64,000 nucleotides of DNA from Paraspadella gotoi (lineage: Eukaryota; Animalia; Chaetognatha), in contig CM119264.1 in the NCBI GenBank assembly GCA_051294375.1, positions 24,391,403-24,455,402 on the forward strand, in the 5' to 3' direction. Below, one piece after another: positions 51,990 through 64,000 of this stretch. The first letter of the stretch is position 1. The number at the start of each line of letters is the position of its first letter. Position numbers and translations under genes: made by a program. Below the pieces are notes generated by a model. That model was given only the letters and a program-made list of their open reading frames with translations, ran no database searches and had not been told where the DNA came from.

Positions 51990-53888
51990 TCTAGCCCCGT
52001 TGACCTCACCTTTCACCTCTTACCCAGACAAGGTCTATTGAATCTCCTGCCCTTCATTCTCCCCCCCGACCCTCACCTCCCCCTTACCCTCTTCTGACCC
52101 TCACCCTTTCCTCCTTCTCCCCACACCCTCACCTCACCCGCTGCCTCACCGGCCTCTTCACCGTCCCTCGTCATAACCTTGGCGCTGAAATGATAAAAGA
52201 GGCGGAGAGAGAAATGTTGTTTTTATGTTCTCTTCTCTCCATCAAACCGGCCGCCGCTGTTGCCGCCGCCGCCGACGCCGCAGAAGCCGCTGCCGGCGAC
52301 GACGACAACGTCTTTATCTCTCCTTCATTGATGCGCCCTTGTTTTTTTTTGTTTTTTGGGTTTTTTTTGTGTTTTTTTTTTCTGATTCGCGGATGTGGAA
52401 GGGGCTAAAAAAATAGGAAAGAACGATGGGCTGATAAAAGGGGGCTAAACGTTTCGGTAAAAGGGTTAAGGGTCGCACTTACTACAGGGTGTTTCGATCG
52501 CAAAGTATTCAAAAGGTAATTTTATAATTTTTGTTTTACCTTTTTTTTTTAACCTCTTTCTTTTTTGTCCTCTCCGTGATGCTATTTTTAACTTTTCTCA
52601 TTCCATTCTCCTACTCCACCTTTTTCCTTTTTTTTTTCGTTTCCGTCGGCCCATCGTCCCCTCTTCTCTTTTTCTTTCTTTTCACCTTTTTTTTTCTTTC
52701 CTTTTTAATCTCAACTCGTTACTTCTTTTCGGACTCGAGTCTTAATTTTCGCCTTCGTCTTAATTTCCACTTTAGTTTCTCATTAGTATTTTTCTTTGAA
52801 GCGATTCACCCAGAAAAAGCTCGAATGTGTCTTTACTTTTTGATCTAATTTTTCGATGTTGATGGTTTTTCTCCTGCTTTTACAGTCCCAAATCGCTAAA
52901 AATATCCCCTAATCCCTAACCTTATCCCTATCCTAAATCTGTAAACAAATTCCCAACCTTATTCGTAACCAAATCCCTATCTGTAATACAAATTTTACGC
53001 TTTTAATTTTTTTTCCGCTTTGATTCTCATTCTCAATTGCATCCTCCAACTGCAGGTCTCCTCACTGTGCTCAACCTCATCTATTGGGTTTGGCTCAACA
53101 GTCGGTGGGGACGAGAGAGATTTGTCAAACACTTTCTCGTCGATCCACTGCGTTTGGACGGGAGGTAAAGGCGAAGTGGGAGAACGAAACTTTACCCAAC
53201 CAACGCTCGCAGTTTTGTATTTACAATATACAGTATTATTACAGTATTATACAGTGTTATGTATACTAAAAACTCTTCTCCACCCAACCCCATGCCCGAA
53301 AATCAGAGACCGGCTTCTCAGAGCGGATCTACTTTTCTTCGCGGAGAGATACCTTCGTCGCGACGGGGTCTTCATCCTGCAGATGGTGGAGATGAACGTG
53401 GGCAGCATCACCGTCGAGAACATCCTCGAGGTCATGTGGAACAATTATCTCGACGAGAAAGAAGTAAACGATGCGTTGATGTTAAATGCACTGAGATGCA
53501 GTCTGATCTCTATGTCCGTCTTTAAATCAATTAATTGAATGAGTTGAACACGTTTTAATTTTTTTTTTGTTGGTTGGCAGCCATTTTCTTTTCTTTTCTC
53601 GTCTCTTCTATCACGTGATATTTTTAATAACTCAACTCCTTCATCCCTCTCTTCTCCTCCCTTTTCATATCTCTCACTTTCGCCCTCCTCCACCGCCTCC
53701 TCCCCAAGGCTGCGGAGGAAGAGGCCATCCGCCAAAAGGAGCGCCTCCTCGACTCCTTGGCTCCGACGCCGTCGACGGGCCGCTCGAGACGCTGCAGCAT
53801 CATCCGCACGAAGATCCTCGACCGAATGGCGTCCAACACCAGCAGTTGCGGCAGCAGCAAGCGCGTCAGCAGGGAGTCGCTAGTTTGA
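42940..53888 (+). CDS. inx: Innexin (gap junction/pannexin family channel), 462 aa, 10 coding exons
   Basis: Exons 42940-43010, 43324-43444, 44581-44753, 45743-45899, 46146-46216, 48440-48612, 51085-51261, 53056-53164, 53307-53463 and 53709-53888 total 1389 nt; all introns are GT-AG with consistent phases. Motifs: IDDALDRINRKY, IKCFTP, CWLNAT, SYYQWTP, GNFLFFTYVGVKLLYLLN, FPLMTSC...CALPFNLYNDKFF, YLRRDGVFIL. Confidence 0.95.
46854..46993. repeat. (GAC)n / (ACGACGACGCCG)n microsatellite in an innexin intron
   Basis: Seen by direct inspection. Confidence 0.9.
48617..48727. repeat. 20-bp minisatellite GTCACAGTGAGAATGTCACA, ~5 copies, starting at an innexin splice donor
   Basis: Seen by direct inspection. 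Confidence 0.9.
48858..48989. repeat. ~43-bp tandem repeat x3 (AATCATAAGTAGTCAGCGACTGATGTATCAGGCGGATTAATAA)
   Basis: Three adjacent near-identical units with no spacers. Confidence 0.9.
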
Positions 53889-54399
53889 GGCGGCGCGCGG
53901 CGGCGGGGACGGCAGGAGGGGCGGCGGAGGCGGAGGACAAGAAGGCTTATTAACCGGAGGCGAAGATCAAAGATTGAAGTTTTTTTTTAGGATTTTTAAA
54001 GAAAATTAAGGCATTAACATTTTTTTTAAAGAAAAATAAAGAGTTAATTTTTTTTAAAAATACTTAATGTAGTTCTCGGCTGATGAAGAAACTATGGTTA
54101 TTGCGATTTGATAATAAAGTTATTAGTGTAATTACAGTCTTTGTAACTAGCTCGGTATTATCATCAACGAAATGAATGATTAGACGTCTGCGTCATTATC
54201 AAATTAATGTCTCCGGGCTTAGCGAACAATGTTGCGAAGGTATACCTGTTGGGATAACCATCACTGGCAAATTGGGAAAGAGGTTGAGAATTTTAATTTA
54301 AAAATGTGAAAAATTTATATGAAGCAAGTAAGTAACAATTACAAGGAAAAACTGTGAAAAAAATCACGTCGATCATAATGAATAAACCTTTTGACTTCA

Positions 54400-55362
54400 C
54401 TAATATTTTGAATCGCCTATGAGTTTATCTTCCTCCTCTTTCTCTTTTTCTTCTTTAAAACTCTTCGCCACAATGACGACGATCATCCCGACAAAGACGA
54501 CGACGACGCCGACCGCTTCCATCGCCGTCAATTTCTCCCCACAAATGACCATCGACATCAGCGCCGTCATGGCGATGTTGCCAGTATTGATGAGGCTGCC
54601 CAAGAGTCCGCCGAGGCCAACATCAAAGGCCTCCAACTCGTAGCAGCCGATTTGTTGGGACAATCGGTAGATGGTAGAGATGACGCCGACGAGAAAGACG
54701 TCCAGCAGCGGAATCGTCGGCGCGGACGCAATGGCGTTGCTGCCGGCGATGCCAAGACAGACGACGGCGACGACGGTTCCGCAACCGACGCGCAAAACGA
54801 GGAAATTGGACCAGTGCTCGTCGGCGGTGGCGCCGAAGAAATAAGGAAACGTGACGACGAGAGCGGCTTGACTGATGGCCAACGAGTAGGCGTAAAGTGG
54901 GGCGTCGACGGGATCGTTGAAGAGAAAAGGGGGATGCGTAACCAGCACCAGCCCAACCAGCGCCGCCACGATGCCGAAAAAGTCTACGGGGCTGATGCAC
55001 TTTCTATGCAGCGCCGCAGTAAACGCCGGGCTGAAGAAAACTCCGCAACCGCTGATGGCGCTGAAGACGCCCAGCGGCATGGCGTCTGCGCTGGCTCGCC
55101 AAAGGAGGAAATTCAAATTGATGAGGAGACCGAGGGCGACGAAGACCGACCACCGCTTCGGCGTCTTCACCGTCCAGTTCCTCCAGGCGACGGGGAAGAG
55201 GGGAAGAGTTCCCACGGCCTCGCCGAGAAAGAGAGAAACGAAGGCGACGGGAGTGTCGAGGGATGCCGAGTCGTGGAAGATGACGGAGCAGATGCTGACC
55301 AACATGTCGTAGAAGAGGTTAAAGACGACTCCCCACGCAAGGCTTGAGACGTTTTTGGGCAT
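54400..55362 (-). CDS. EamA/DMT-superfamily (SLC35G-like) transporter, 320 aa, intronless
   Basis: Uninterrupted ORF with ~10 hydrophobic segments. DMT-like motifs: MPLGVFSAI...FFSPAF, GLVLVTHPPFLF, GEKLTAMEAVGVVVV. Confidence 0.85.
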   Translation of the reverse strand: MPKNVSSLAWGVVFNLFYDMLVSICSVIFHDSASLDTPVAFVSLFLGEAVGTLPLFPVAWRNWTVKTPKRWSVFVALGLLINLNFLLWRASADAMPLGVFSAISGCGVFFSPAFTAALHRKCISPVDFFGIVAALVGLVLVTHPPFLFNDPVDAPLYAYSLAISQAALVVTFPYFFGATADEHWSNFLVLRVGCGTVVAVVCLGIAGSNAIASAPTIPLLDVFLVGVISTIYRLSQQIGCYELEAFDVGLGGLLGSLINTGNIAMTALMSMVICGEKLTAMEAVGVVVVFVGMIVVIVAKSFKEEKEKEEEDKLIGDSKY

Positions 55363-55737
55363 GTTCGATTCTTAATTTGGGAGCCACTTTTGAGAGTTAT
55401 GTCACGTATAAGTTATCGTGAATTTTAAAATATGTATTTTAAAATATGTACCCATCTAACATTTACTAGAGCTTATAAAACAAATAAAGTAATGTTTTCA
55501 TTAAAAACAAATCATTATTTAAGGGCAGACTAAAATATTGTATTCCCCGATCTAATACTAAGAAGGATGGTACTTTTATACGATTAAAATCGTTCTTAAA
55601 AACATTTTACAACTTCATTGACGGGGAAGTCAAGTACTGTGAGAAAGCATAAATCAGACTGGGAGAGAGTCTTGTTTGAAAGCTTAGGGCCTTGCTATAA
55701 TATTATCTTTTATGTTTTTAAAAATTCATAGTTTAAT

Positions 55738-56550
55738 TTAACTACTTCCCTTAGAATTATCTGAATCTCTAGCCTCTTCTGTGTCTCTTCTCAAACCCTT
55801 TGCAATTATCACTACAATGATCCCAACGTAGATGACAACGACGCCAAAAGATTCCAGCGGCGTCAGCTTTTCTCCAAAGAAAGCCAAGGACATCAGAGCC
55901 GTGGTCCCGATGTTTCCCGAATTGATGAGGCAGCCCAAGAGTCCCGCCAGGCCGGGGTCGAAGGCGTCCAACTCTGAGCAGCCGATCTGTTGCGCCAATC
56001 GGTAGATGGTGGAGATGACGCCGACGAGAAAGACGTCCAGCAGCGGAATCGTCGGCGCAGCGACGAAAGCGTCGACGCCGCCGGAGACTCCGAAGCAGAC
56101 GACGGCGACGACGGCGCTGCAGCCGACGCGCAGCACGAGAAAGTTGGACCAGTGGGCGTCGGCCGTGGCGCCGAAAAAGTAAGGAAAGGTGAGGAGGATG
56201 GCGCCTTGGGTGAGGGCGAAGACGTATGCGTAGACCGGCGCGTCGACGGGTTCGTGGAAGAGGAACGGAGGGTGAGTGACGAGCAGCAGACCCGACATGG
56301 CGGCGAAGATGCCGAACATGTCGAGCCATGTGACGCATTTCCCATGCAGGGCAGCAGTGATCGCCGGCGTGAAGCATATGCCGCACCCGTTTATGGCGGT
56401 GTAGACGCCGAGCGGCATCGCGTCCGCGCATGCGCGCCACATGAGGAAGTTTAAGTTGATGAGGAAACCGAGAATGAAGAAGATCGACAATCGTTGAGGC
56501 TTCTTGACTGACCAGTTCTTGAAGGCGAACGGGAAGAGTGGGAGAGTTAC
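55738..56550 (-). CDS. Tandem paralogue EamA/SLC35G-like transporter, last exon; the N-terminal exon is probably in the N-gap
   Basis: Colinear with the 54400-55362 protein (MPLGVYTAI, LLVTHPPFLF, APTIPLLDVFLVGVISTIYRL). It starts after a (CT)n-CCCAG acceptor and reads VTLPLFPFAFKNW. Confidence 0.85.
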   Translation of the reverse strand, partial: VTLPLFPFAFKNWSVKKPQRLSIFFILGFLINLNFLMWRACADAMPLGVYTAINGCGICFTPAITAALHGKCVTWLDMFGIFAAMSGLLLVTHPPFLFHEPVDAPVYAYVFALTQGAILLTFPYFFGATADAHWSNFLVLRVGCSAVVAVVCFGVSGGVDAFVAAPTIPLLDVFLVGVISTIYRLAQQIGCSELDAFDPGLAGLLGCLINSGNIGTTALMSLAFFGEKLTPLESFGVVVIYVGIIVVIIAKGLRRDTEEARDSDNSKGSS

Positions 56551-58747
56551 CTGGGAGAGAGAGAGAAGNNNNNNNNNNNNNNNNNNNNNNNNNNNNNNNN
56601 NNNNNNNNNNNNNNNNNNNNNNNNNNNNNNNNNNNNNNNNNNNNNNNNNNNNNNNNNNNNNNNNNNNNNNNNNNNNNNNNNNNNNNNNNNNNNNNNNNNN
56701 NNNNNNNNNNNNNNNNNNNNNNNNNNNNNNNNNNNNNNNNNNNNNNNNNNNNNNNNNNNNNNNNNNNNNNNNNNNNNNNNNNNNNNNNNNNNNNNNNNNN
56801 NNNNNNNNNNNNNNNNNNNNNNNNNNNNNNNNNNNNNNNNNNNNNNNNNNNNNNNNNNNNNNNNNNNNNNNNNNNNNNNNNNNNNNNNNNNNNNNNNNNN
56901 NNNNNNNNNNNNNNNNNNNNNNNNNNNNNNNNNNNNNNNNNNNNNNNNNNNNNNNNNNNNNNNNNNNNNNNNNNNNNNNNNNNNNNNNNNNNNNNNNNNN
57001 NNNNNNNNNNNNNNNNNNNNNNNNNNNNNNNNNNNNNNNNNNNNNNNNNNNNNNNNNNNNNNNNNNNNNNNNNNNNNNNNNNNNNNNNNNNNNNNNNNNN
57101 NNNNNNNNNNNNNNNNNNNNNNNNNNNNNNNNNNNNNNNNNNNNNNNNNNNNNNNNNNNNNNNNNNNNNNNNNNNNNNNNNNNNNNNNNNNNNNNNNNNN
57201 NNNNNNNNNNNNNNNNNNNNNNNNNNNNNNNNNNNNNNNNNNNNNNNNNNNNNNNNNNNNNNNNNNNNNNNNNNNNNNNNNNNNNNNNNNNNNNNNNNNN
57301 NNNNNNNNNNNNCAGAGAAGAGATTTTTTAAGAAATGACTGAGTTGAGTCCACGATGGATACGAACGGCCAGTATTTTTCAATTAATATTAAAATGCTTT
57401 ATAGTTTATGTAAATTGATTTAATATGAATAGTGCGTAAGTAGCTTTTCTAGCAATATATCTTCAAACCATTCCTATTGATTAACTCTCAACTTGATTAT
57501 AGAATATATATTCAACGATAAAAGCGGAGGTTGCTTGGATTGCAAGCCGTGAATATACCGATATTCCAATTCATGCACAGGGCGAACTCAAAGTCCTAAT
57601 TAATTGTTTGTTAAAAAAACAGTTATATATTCGGTGCAGAAGCAGTTGTAGGTGGCATCGAAGGTGAGAGACAAATATTTCGGATCGGCATTGGTTCATC
57701 TGAGGGAAAAGGATCCAAGTGAAATGTTTGTTGGCAAGACGAAAATTAGATTCGGCTGTATTCGAAACAAATCGGCCTCTGTAATTCTGATCGTTATACG
57801 CGAGAGTACTTCCGGAAAGAGAAAATATAGCCGCTTTAAGCTCAAGAGCTGGTGTTGATTCTATCAATTATGATGTTCAACAATTTCCCAATTACCCATG
57901 AATAGTTATGGTTGTTTAGGATTAAACTGAACTAAAAAATCGTCAATTGGTTTAATCGCAGCTCTCCGCCTCAAGTTATTTAATATTCCCTCATGACGAA
58001 CTGACCCTTTGTTTGAAACAGTGAACAATGTTTTCGGATTATATCTATCGTTCTGATGAAAAAGACAGAATAGTTCTATGGAAATAAAATACCCAAAAGA
58101 AATAAAGAAAATAAAATAAATAAATAATCGGGGAAGTAGTGTCCGCTTCTGAACTCTCAATCTCGTTCTAGTAGTTTTTCGTGAAGTAATAAGAATGATT
58201 ACAAAGAACCAGAGTTTTTATTTATTAAAAAACGATTTTAAAATGATTACGAAAGAAATGTTATATCTATATAGAAAGATCGTGGCAAAAAACTCTTTGT
58301 GGTCGTCATCGTTGTCGTCGTCCAAGTCCAAGGTGGCGTGGTTTTTTCACGCCACGTAAATCGTCGTTCGGAAGCATCAACGCAGACACGCCCCCTTTTC
58401 ATGGCAGGAACGACCAATAATTTTTTTTCAGCTGGGGCAATTCCCGCGAAAAGTGCGGCAACTTGAATGCAAAAAAAAAAGCAGGTATAAAGAATACTTT
58501 TGATATAACTTGTATCTGAACAATGGAAAAAGTAGATTTGAGTCTGGGTTCCGAAAAAAAAACTAAATCTGTTAAAAACTAAAACGCCATTCTCCATTTT
58601 TTACATTTATAAATGATTATTAAACATTGTAGAATCTGGTTGATGGCCTCATCAACCCTGCACTTTCCCTTTTTTTCTTGGTTTAAGATTCTCTTCCAGT
58701 CGCCGCGAGGGCGAAATGATGCCAGAATAATGCGGGAGATGGAGCGG

Positions 58748-58812
<65 letters not shown>

Positions 58813-58821
58813 AGAGAGAAG

Positions 58822-58900
58822 GGTCGGAAATGGCGTTATAAGTGCACGCCTAGATGGCGCATGACGGGGAGATGAAGACCGGAAGTGTTCCCGGAAGACG
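58822..58900 (+). promoter_or_regulatory. Candidate promoter with YY1-like and ETS-like motifs
   Basis: AAATGGCG, AGATGGCG, CCGGAAGT and CCGGAAG are clustered in ~80 bp between (GA)n tracts. Confidence 0.3.
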
Positions 58901-59609
58901 CCAAGGCCCTTTTTTGATTCGCGCCGGACAGAGAGAGAGAGAGAGAGGAGAGAGGACGAGAGAGAGAGAGAGAGAAGAGAGAGATGAGAGAGAGATAGAG
59001 AGAGAGAGAGAGACAGAGAGAGAGAGAGAAAGAGGAGAGAGATAGAGAGAGGATTCCTCTGGCTCGGTCTGTCCCGCTTCCCATCTTCGATCCAAGACTG
59101 CGGCGGCATAATTATGTCCAAGATTCTAGAAGACGCACAGCGACTCCCTTTAATATGGATTTTTTTTTGCGCCCGATGCACTGTGGCGGATAAGTTTCCA
59201 TAAGTCCTATGAACGTGTGTATTTGCCTGTTTTCCGGATTTCTGCGCCGCGGAATCTGAGAGAAAAAGGGCATAAATTTTGCTTACGAGGCCGTCCTTTA
59301 GCCTGTTGGCAAAGTTCCTCTGCTTTCCACAGGCGAACCAAGCAGCAAAAAAAAGTATTTTGGAATCAATAAAGGCTGTTAAAAACAAAAAAATAAAAAA
59401 CGAGAGAACGTCGCCAATTTTTTTAAGGGGATATTCCAGGGTGATGAGAAAGATGTATCGATGAAAAGTTTTTAGGGTTTCATCATCAAGGATTTGAAAA
59501 TAGAAGAAGTAGAGCAATAAAATTCTTACTTTATTGATAATAAGAACAAAAAATTAATAAGATGTAGTTAAAAAATTTAGTTGATCCTACACTAAATATT
59601 TCAATGAAT

Positions 59610-60490
59610 GTGGATAGGCTGCGCTACGTGGCTTGATAAGATTGACTGTCCCTCTCTTTGTACTTCTAGTAACCTCCCTCTATAGTCTAGCAGCAGCATC
59701 GAACGGGTCCGCTGGCTTGGAACGCAGGCTTGGAGGGTTTGCCATGCCGCATAGCGGGGCTTACGGCCGTCCTCTACGCCTTCTCCGCAGGGTAGTGTAC
59801 CGTTTTGATGGGTTGGGTATTTGAGACCGTACTATATGGTCATGAGCTGCAATGGCTTTACTCAGTGAGCACCCGGGTCGACAACTGAAGGTCAATATTC
59901 TCGCGCGGGTGACCTAGGCACATGCCCGAGCTCTCCCCCCAGATGTAACGCCACCCTGCACTGCTTTCAGTGAGGGAGGGTGAGCGAATCTTCAGCTCAG
60001 AAGCAATAGGCCCTGGGAATAGAGGTTGGCAATACGCGTCGGACCAGGATTGGGCTCAACCACGGAGATGATGGATAGGCGCTACGTGGGAAGTATGACT
60101 TCCGGCGTTAAACTTACTGTAGTAACCATGCTCTCGTAGAGGCACCATGGATACGGGCGTCCCTGGCTTTGGAACAGGTCTTGAGGGCTTGGCCAGCGAG
60201 CTCTGCCCCCATATATGGCGGCCTTGGCGGCGGCCACTTGCACTTCAAGCTCTTGGGCGATTGTTGAACTATAAGATGGGTGCTCGGGGCCGGTTCTAAC
60301 CGCTTCCCGGCAGGGTAAGGTACCGGGTTGGGATTGGAACCGTACCCGCAGCGGGGTCGCCGGTAGAGTTGGATTAGCGGAAGGTGCTCGAAGAGGTGGA
60401 CTGATGTTTACCTCATGAGCATCCCGGGTCACGAACTGAAAGCGTCAATGATTCTCCGCGGGGTGAAGCCTACGGCCAATGCCCGACACA
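59610..60490 (-). other. Probable PacBio internal-control (spike-in) DNA contamination, two overlapping noisy copies
   Basis: An abrupt GC-balanced, random-looking block. Its reverse complement matches my recollection of the PacBio 2-kb control (e.g. CATCAGTCCACCTCTTCGAG, GGTACGGTTCCAATCCCAACCCGGTACC, CTATTCCCAGGGCCTATTGCTTCTGAG). Segment 59611-59929 repeats 60072-60488. Confidence 0.85.
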
Positions 60491-63379
60491 AGATATTTCA
60501 TGATCATTTCTATCACCTTTACTGATTTTTTTCAGAAAAAAATTTAGGTACAAGTTTGATTCCTATTCAAGTTTTTTCAACTACTTTCCATAAATAATTA
60601 TACAAGAAAGAGTCATATGTGTTAAAACGAGCTATTTAAAACGGATCTAAGACGTTATGCTTTCACCTTTTTATCCCGCCTGGTCATTGGTCCCTTAAGC
60701 GGATTAAAAGATAAGGAATAAGAAAGGATTAAAAAAAAGCGAAAGAAAAAGAGGATTTCTTTCCTCTGTTGGGTACATTCGATACGAATGATATGACCAG
60801 CCTCCGAGGATCCATAATGTCATTTTGCTGGTTATGTGACATTTGAGAGGCTGGTCCAGTATTTTCGCGAACTGGGACGATTTCAAAACCCGGCAATAGA
60901 AACTGTATGTAATGTTGGGCCATTATAATTTTCGTCATGGCGGTTATCAGTATTACTTTTTTTATGAATTGTCGGGTTTTCATATTAAAAACTATGTAAT
61001 TAAATATTCTTATATTCTTATTCATCTCTTCGACGTTTTTCATCCTGTTTAATAAAAAATCCTGGCTCGTACTCTTTGTTCGGTTTTTAAATGAAAGAGA
61101 AATTCTCTCTCTCTCTCTCAGTCTCTCTCTTCCTCTCTCTCTCTCTTCTCTCAATAACTCCGTCAGCCCGTAATTAATAAGATCTAACCGTCAGGAATTT
61201 GGCAGTCTTTTCGTTGTCGTTGGTGACGACGACAACGACAACGACGCCTCGCTTTATATTTCATGAGTTGTCCTTTTAGATTATCAAAGCATTTTGTTTT
61301 AATTATTGACTTTAATTTTATTAAGCTAATAAACAATTCTGGCTCTATTCCCGGTTACTATTTTAAAGAAGACCGAAGCTTGATCGTAAAATATCGGTGA
61401 TACAAGAAATTAAAACTAATATTCTTTATTTAATTCGAGTCCTTATCGATTTACTTTTTGTATTTTTATCAACCTTTCGGTTTATCAGACCGGCTCATTA
61501 GTTCCATAATTATAATTTTATCGACTCATTTCTCAATTTTCGAGTTTAGGTCAAAAAATTGTCTGTTCGTCATTCCCCCTTAGACATCCACCCGCTTTTT
61601 AAGAAGGGGATTTGGGAGGCGAGAGAAGCCTACGTTTTGATAGGTTGATCGGATGAATTAGCTGGTTGCTCTTTCCGTTTACAGGAATAACTAAAATAAA
61701 GAATAAAACAAAACTAAAAGAGATGAATTTTGAATACAGTAACAATGTCATAAATACACGCAAAAAAGATTTTTTAGTCATGTCATGTACACCCCTGAAC
61801 ATTAGCTCACGCGGGAGCAACACCGTTCTTGGCTTTCTTTAAAAATTTTTGTTGTGAATAAAGGAAAAACTTTTCCTATCTCAAATTTAAAACAAAAAAC
61901 AAATTAAAGCGCAACACAAAAATAAATTTATTATATATATCTTATTTACAACGCAGAGTTTCGGATGGAGCGACGTCAGGTCCTGACCTGTCACACCGGT
62001 AAAAATTGTAACCTGTAATTTTGACTTTTTGCTGTATCAGCGGAGCGAGAGAGAGAGGAAGAGAGAGAGAGAGCAGACGAGAGAAGAGAGAGAGAGAGAG
62101 ACGTAGAGAGAGAGAGAGGAGAAGACCCTCGCCCTTTTTTCTCCGATTTTACTTTTATTACTTTCTCACGATTAACTTTCTTTGTGAAGTGAATCTCGCC
62201 AATAATGGTTCTTCAATCTTTCGCCTGAAAATCTCGATAGTTCTCTTCCAATCGTCTTTCATATGTTCGTCCTTCAAATCGGTCTGTTTCGCTTCGTCTT
62301 CGTCACTTCGTCTTTCGATCTAACTGCTTAGCCTTAATACATATTCCTATATTTAAATCATCTTGAAGGTGTCTCTGTCTGTCTGACGTTATGGACTCTC
62401 AACTTCGAACCAAGAACTTCGTCCATCAACTTCGTGGGCCTTCATCTTCGTCCCACAATTCGTCCCCATCGACTTCGTCCTCAGACTTCGTCCGTCGACT
62501 TTGTCCCCACTTTGTCTCGTTCCGTTCGGAGAACAAGGCTTTCCACCAATTAGCGCATCCTTTCCAACATTTGTTTTTTTTTCTCAGATTACTATCCTCC
62601 TATCTTTACCTTTAAATAGTTTTTTTTAAATTACGTTGCAGCACTTGTTTTTTTTTTTCCTTTTCTTTAGAAAATTATGGTTCTTTTTGTTTTATCTTTA
62701 TTGTCTTCCATTCAAAATACTCGCAAATATAGACGGGTAATGAATTTTTGTTCTCTCTCTCTCTCTCTCTTCTCTCTTCTCCTCTCTCTCTCTCTCTCCC
62801 TCTCTCGTCTCTCTCGTCTCTCGTCTCTCTCTCGTCGTCTCTCTCTCTCTCCCTTCCCCCATTCATACGTGACAGACAACGATTATTTCGCCCTTAATTC
62901 GCTCAGAATTCCTATTATCATAGTTTATGTCCGATTTGCTACTAACCGCGGGATTCATTTATATGTTTGACGAGGTTTTTTTTCCTGCGGGGATGAGTGA
63001 TAGACCGTGAGACGGGACCAAAGCGATGAGGATACCAAGTGATAAGTCATAGTGAATTTGCACAATTGATAATGTGATCGAAGTGAAGATATTAGGAACG
63101 ATTAAGGGGACGAATAGTAATCAACATGAGTGATTCAAAGTAGATGAAGTAAATTAGCTAAAAAAGAATTACTAGGTTCAATTGTAATCAAATATCTTGA
63201 CCAAAAAGTTTGATAGACAATATCAAAATTTCATGCGTACGAAAAATTTAATACTGAATCAAGTAAGTCATAACATAAACGTTAAGTGACATGTTTCTTT
63301 CAACATAGTACATTTTATGATGAGAATATGTAATAAAATATATATAATCTTCACTAAAAGAAACTAACTTCGACGGCCC

Positions 63380-63650
63380 AAAAAAAAATGTTTTCGGATG
63401 AAGTGGATTGGGTCTTTACTTGTGTCGATCGAAGCCATGATGGAGTGAATTGGTTCGAGAGTGTTGACAAAACGACAAGTCTCGTATTAGTCCCTTCGCC
63501 CTCTCCTTCAGTGTCTCCTCTTCCTCAGGCAGCACGCAGCGTTTCCGACGGCATACAGCAGTTCAAACAGCAACATCCAGCAAATGAAACTCGTTTTCCT
63601 CCATTTCGCCACACCAAAAACAATTTACATATCGAAAATGCTTCGTCTTT
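63380..63650 (-). mobile_element. Possible non-LTR retrotransposon ORF2 C-terminal fragment (zinc knuckle)
   Basis: The minus strand reads YVNCFWCGEMEENEFHLL followed by Cys codons after a frameshift (C-x2-C-x8-H...C). It is truncated by the gap at 63675. Confidence 0.35.
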
Positions 63651-63699
63651 TTTTTCGTTTCAATATTTTTAAAANNNNNNNNNNNNNNNNNNNNNNNNN

Positions 63700-64000
63700 G
63701 AGAGAGAGAGAGAGAGAGAGAGGATTCTCTGCTCGTTTCCCGCTTCCCATCTTCGGATCAGACGGCGGCATAATTATTCCAAGATTCTAAAGACGCACAG
63801 CGACTCCCTTTAATATGGATTATTTTTTCCGCCCGGATCACTGTGCCGAATAATGTCCAATAAGTCCATGAAAGTGTTTTCTGTTTTCCATTTCTGCTCG
63901 CGGATCTGAGAGAAAATAGGGCATAATTTTTCTTAAAGGCCTCCTTAGCCTGTTGGCAAAGTTCCCTCGCTTTCACAGCGACACCAAGCGCAAAAAAAAA
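63700..64000 (+). repeat. Second copy of ~59030-59355, directly after a 25-N gap
   Basis: Both copies share GAGAGGATT..CCCGCTTCCCATCTTCG..GACGCACAGCGACTCCCTTTAATATGGAT..TTAGCCTGTTGGCAAAGTTCC. Confidence 0.9.

Noticed and set aside
53567-53953. 128-aa ORF as the innexin last exon frame
   Set aside because: The phase-0 splice from 53463 to the AG at 53707-53708 gives a different frame that ends ESLV* at 53888.
54567-56454. Antisense and alternative-frame ORFs over the EamA genes
   Set aside because: Shadow ORFs caused by GC3-rich codon usage.
56504-57382. ORFs of 266-537 aa in the track
   Set aside because: They are open only because they run through an N gap.

Overview
This window is AT-rich, intron-rich animal DNA from a draft assembly. 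The innexin gene, GT-AG introns and microsatellites point to an invertebrate. The many indels, two 25-N gaps with flanking duplications, a fold-back palindrome and a probable PacBio control-DNA insert point to noisy long-read gap filling. Contents in order: (1) 1-9 kb, a minus-strand Ty3/Gypsy LTR retrotransposon of the CsRN1/Kabuki type, with a duplicated 3' LTR unit mirrored in a zero-spacer palindrome; its LTRs carry an antisense tRNA-like Pol III cassette. (2) A spliced 120-aa signal-peptide/HDEL protein that the ORF track misses, followed by tandem RFX X-boxes. (3) A 406-aa secreted Cys-rich (GCC2/GCC3-type) protein with a Thr-rich tail. (4) Tc1/mariner remnants, an orphan GAS1/GDNF-receptor-like exon and a probably artefactual 4.4-kb duplication. 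(5) An XK-related membrane protein gene. (6) A complete 10-exon innexin of 462 aa. (7) Two tandem EamA/SLC35G-like transporter genes that appear to differ by an intron. All exon models were spliced by eye and family assignments come from remembered motifs; no searches were run.
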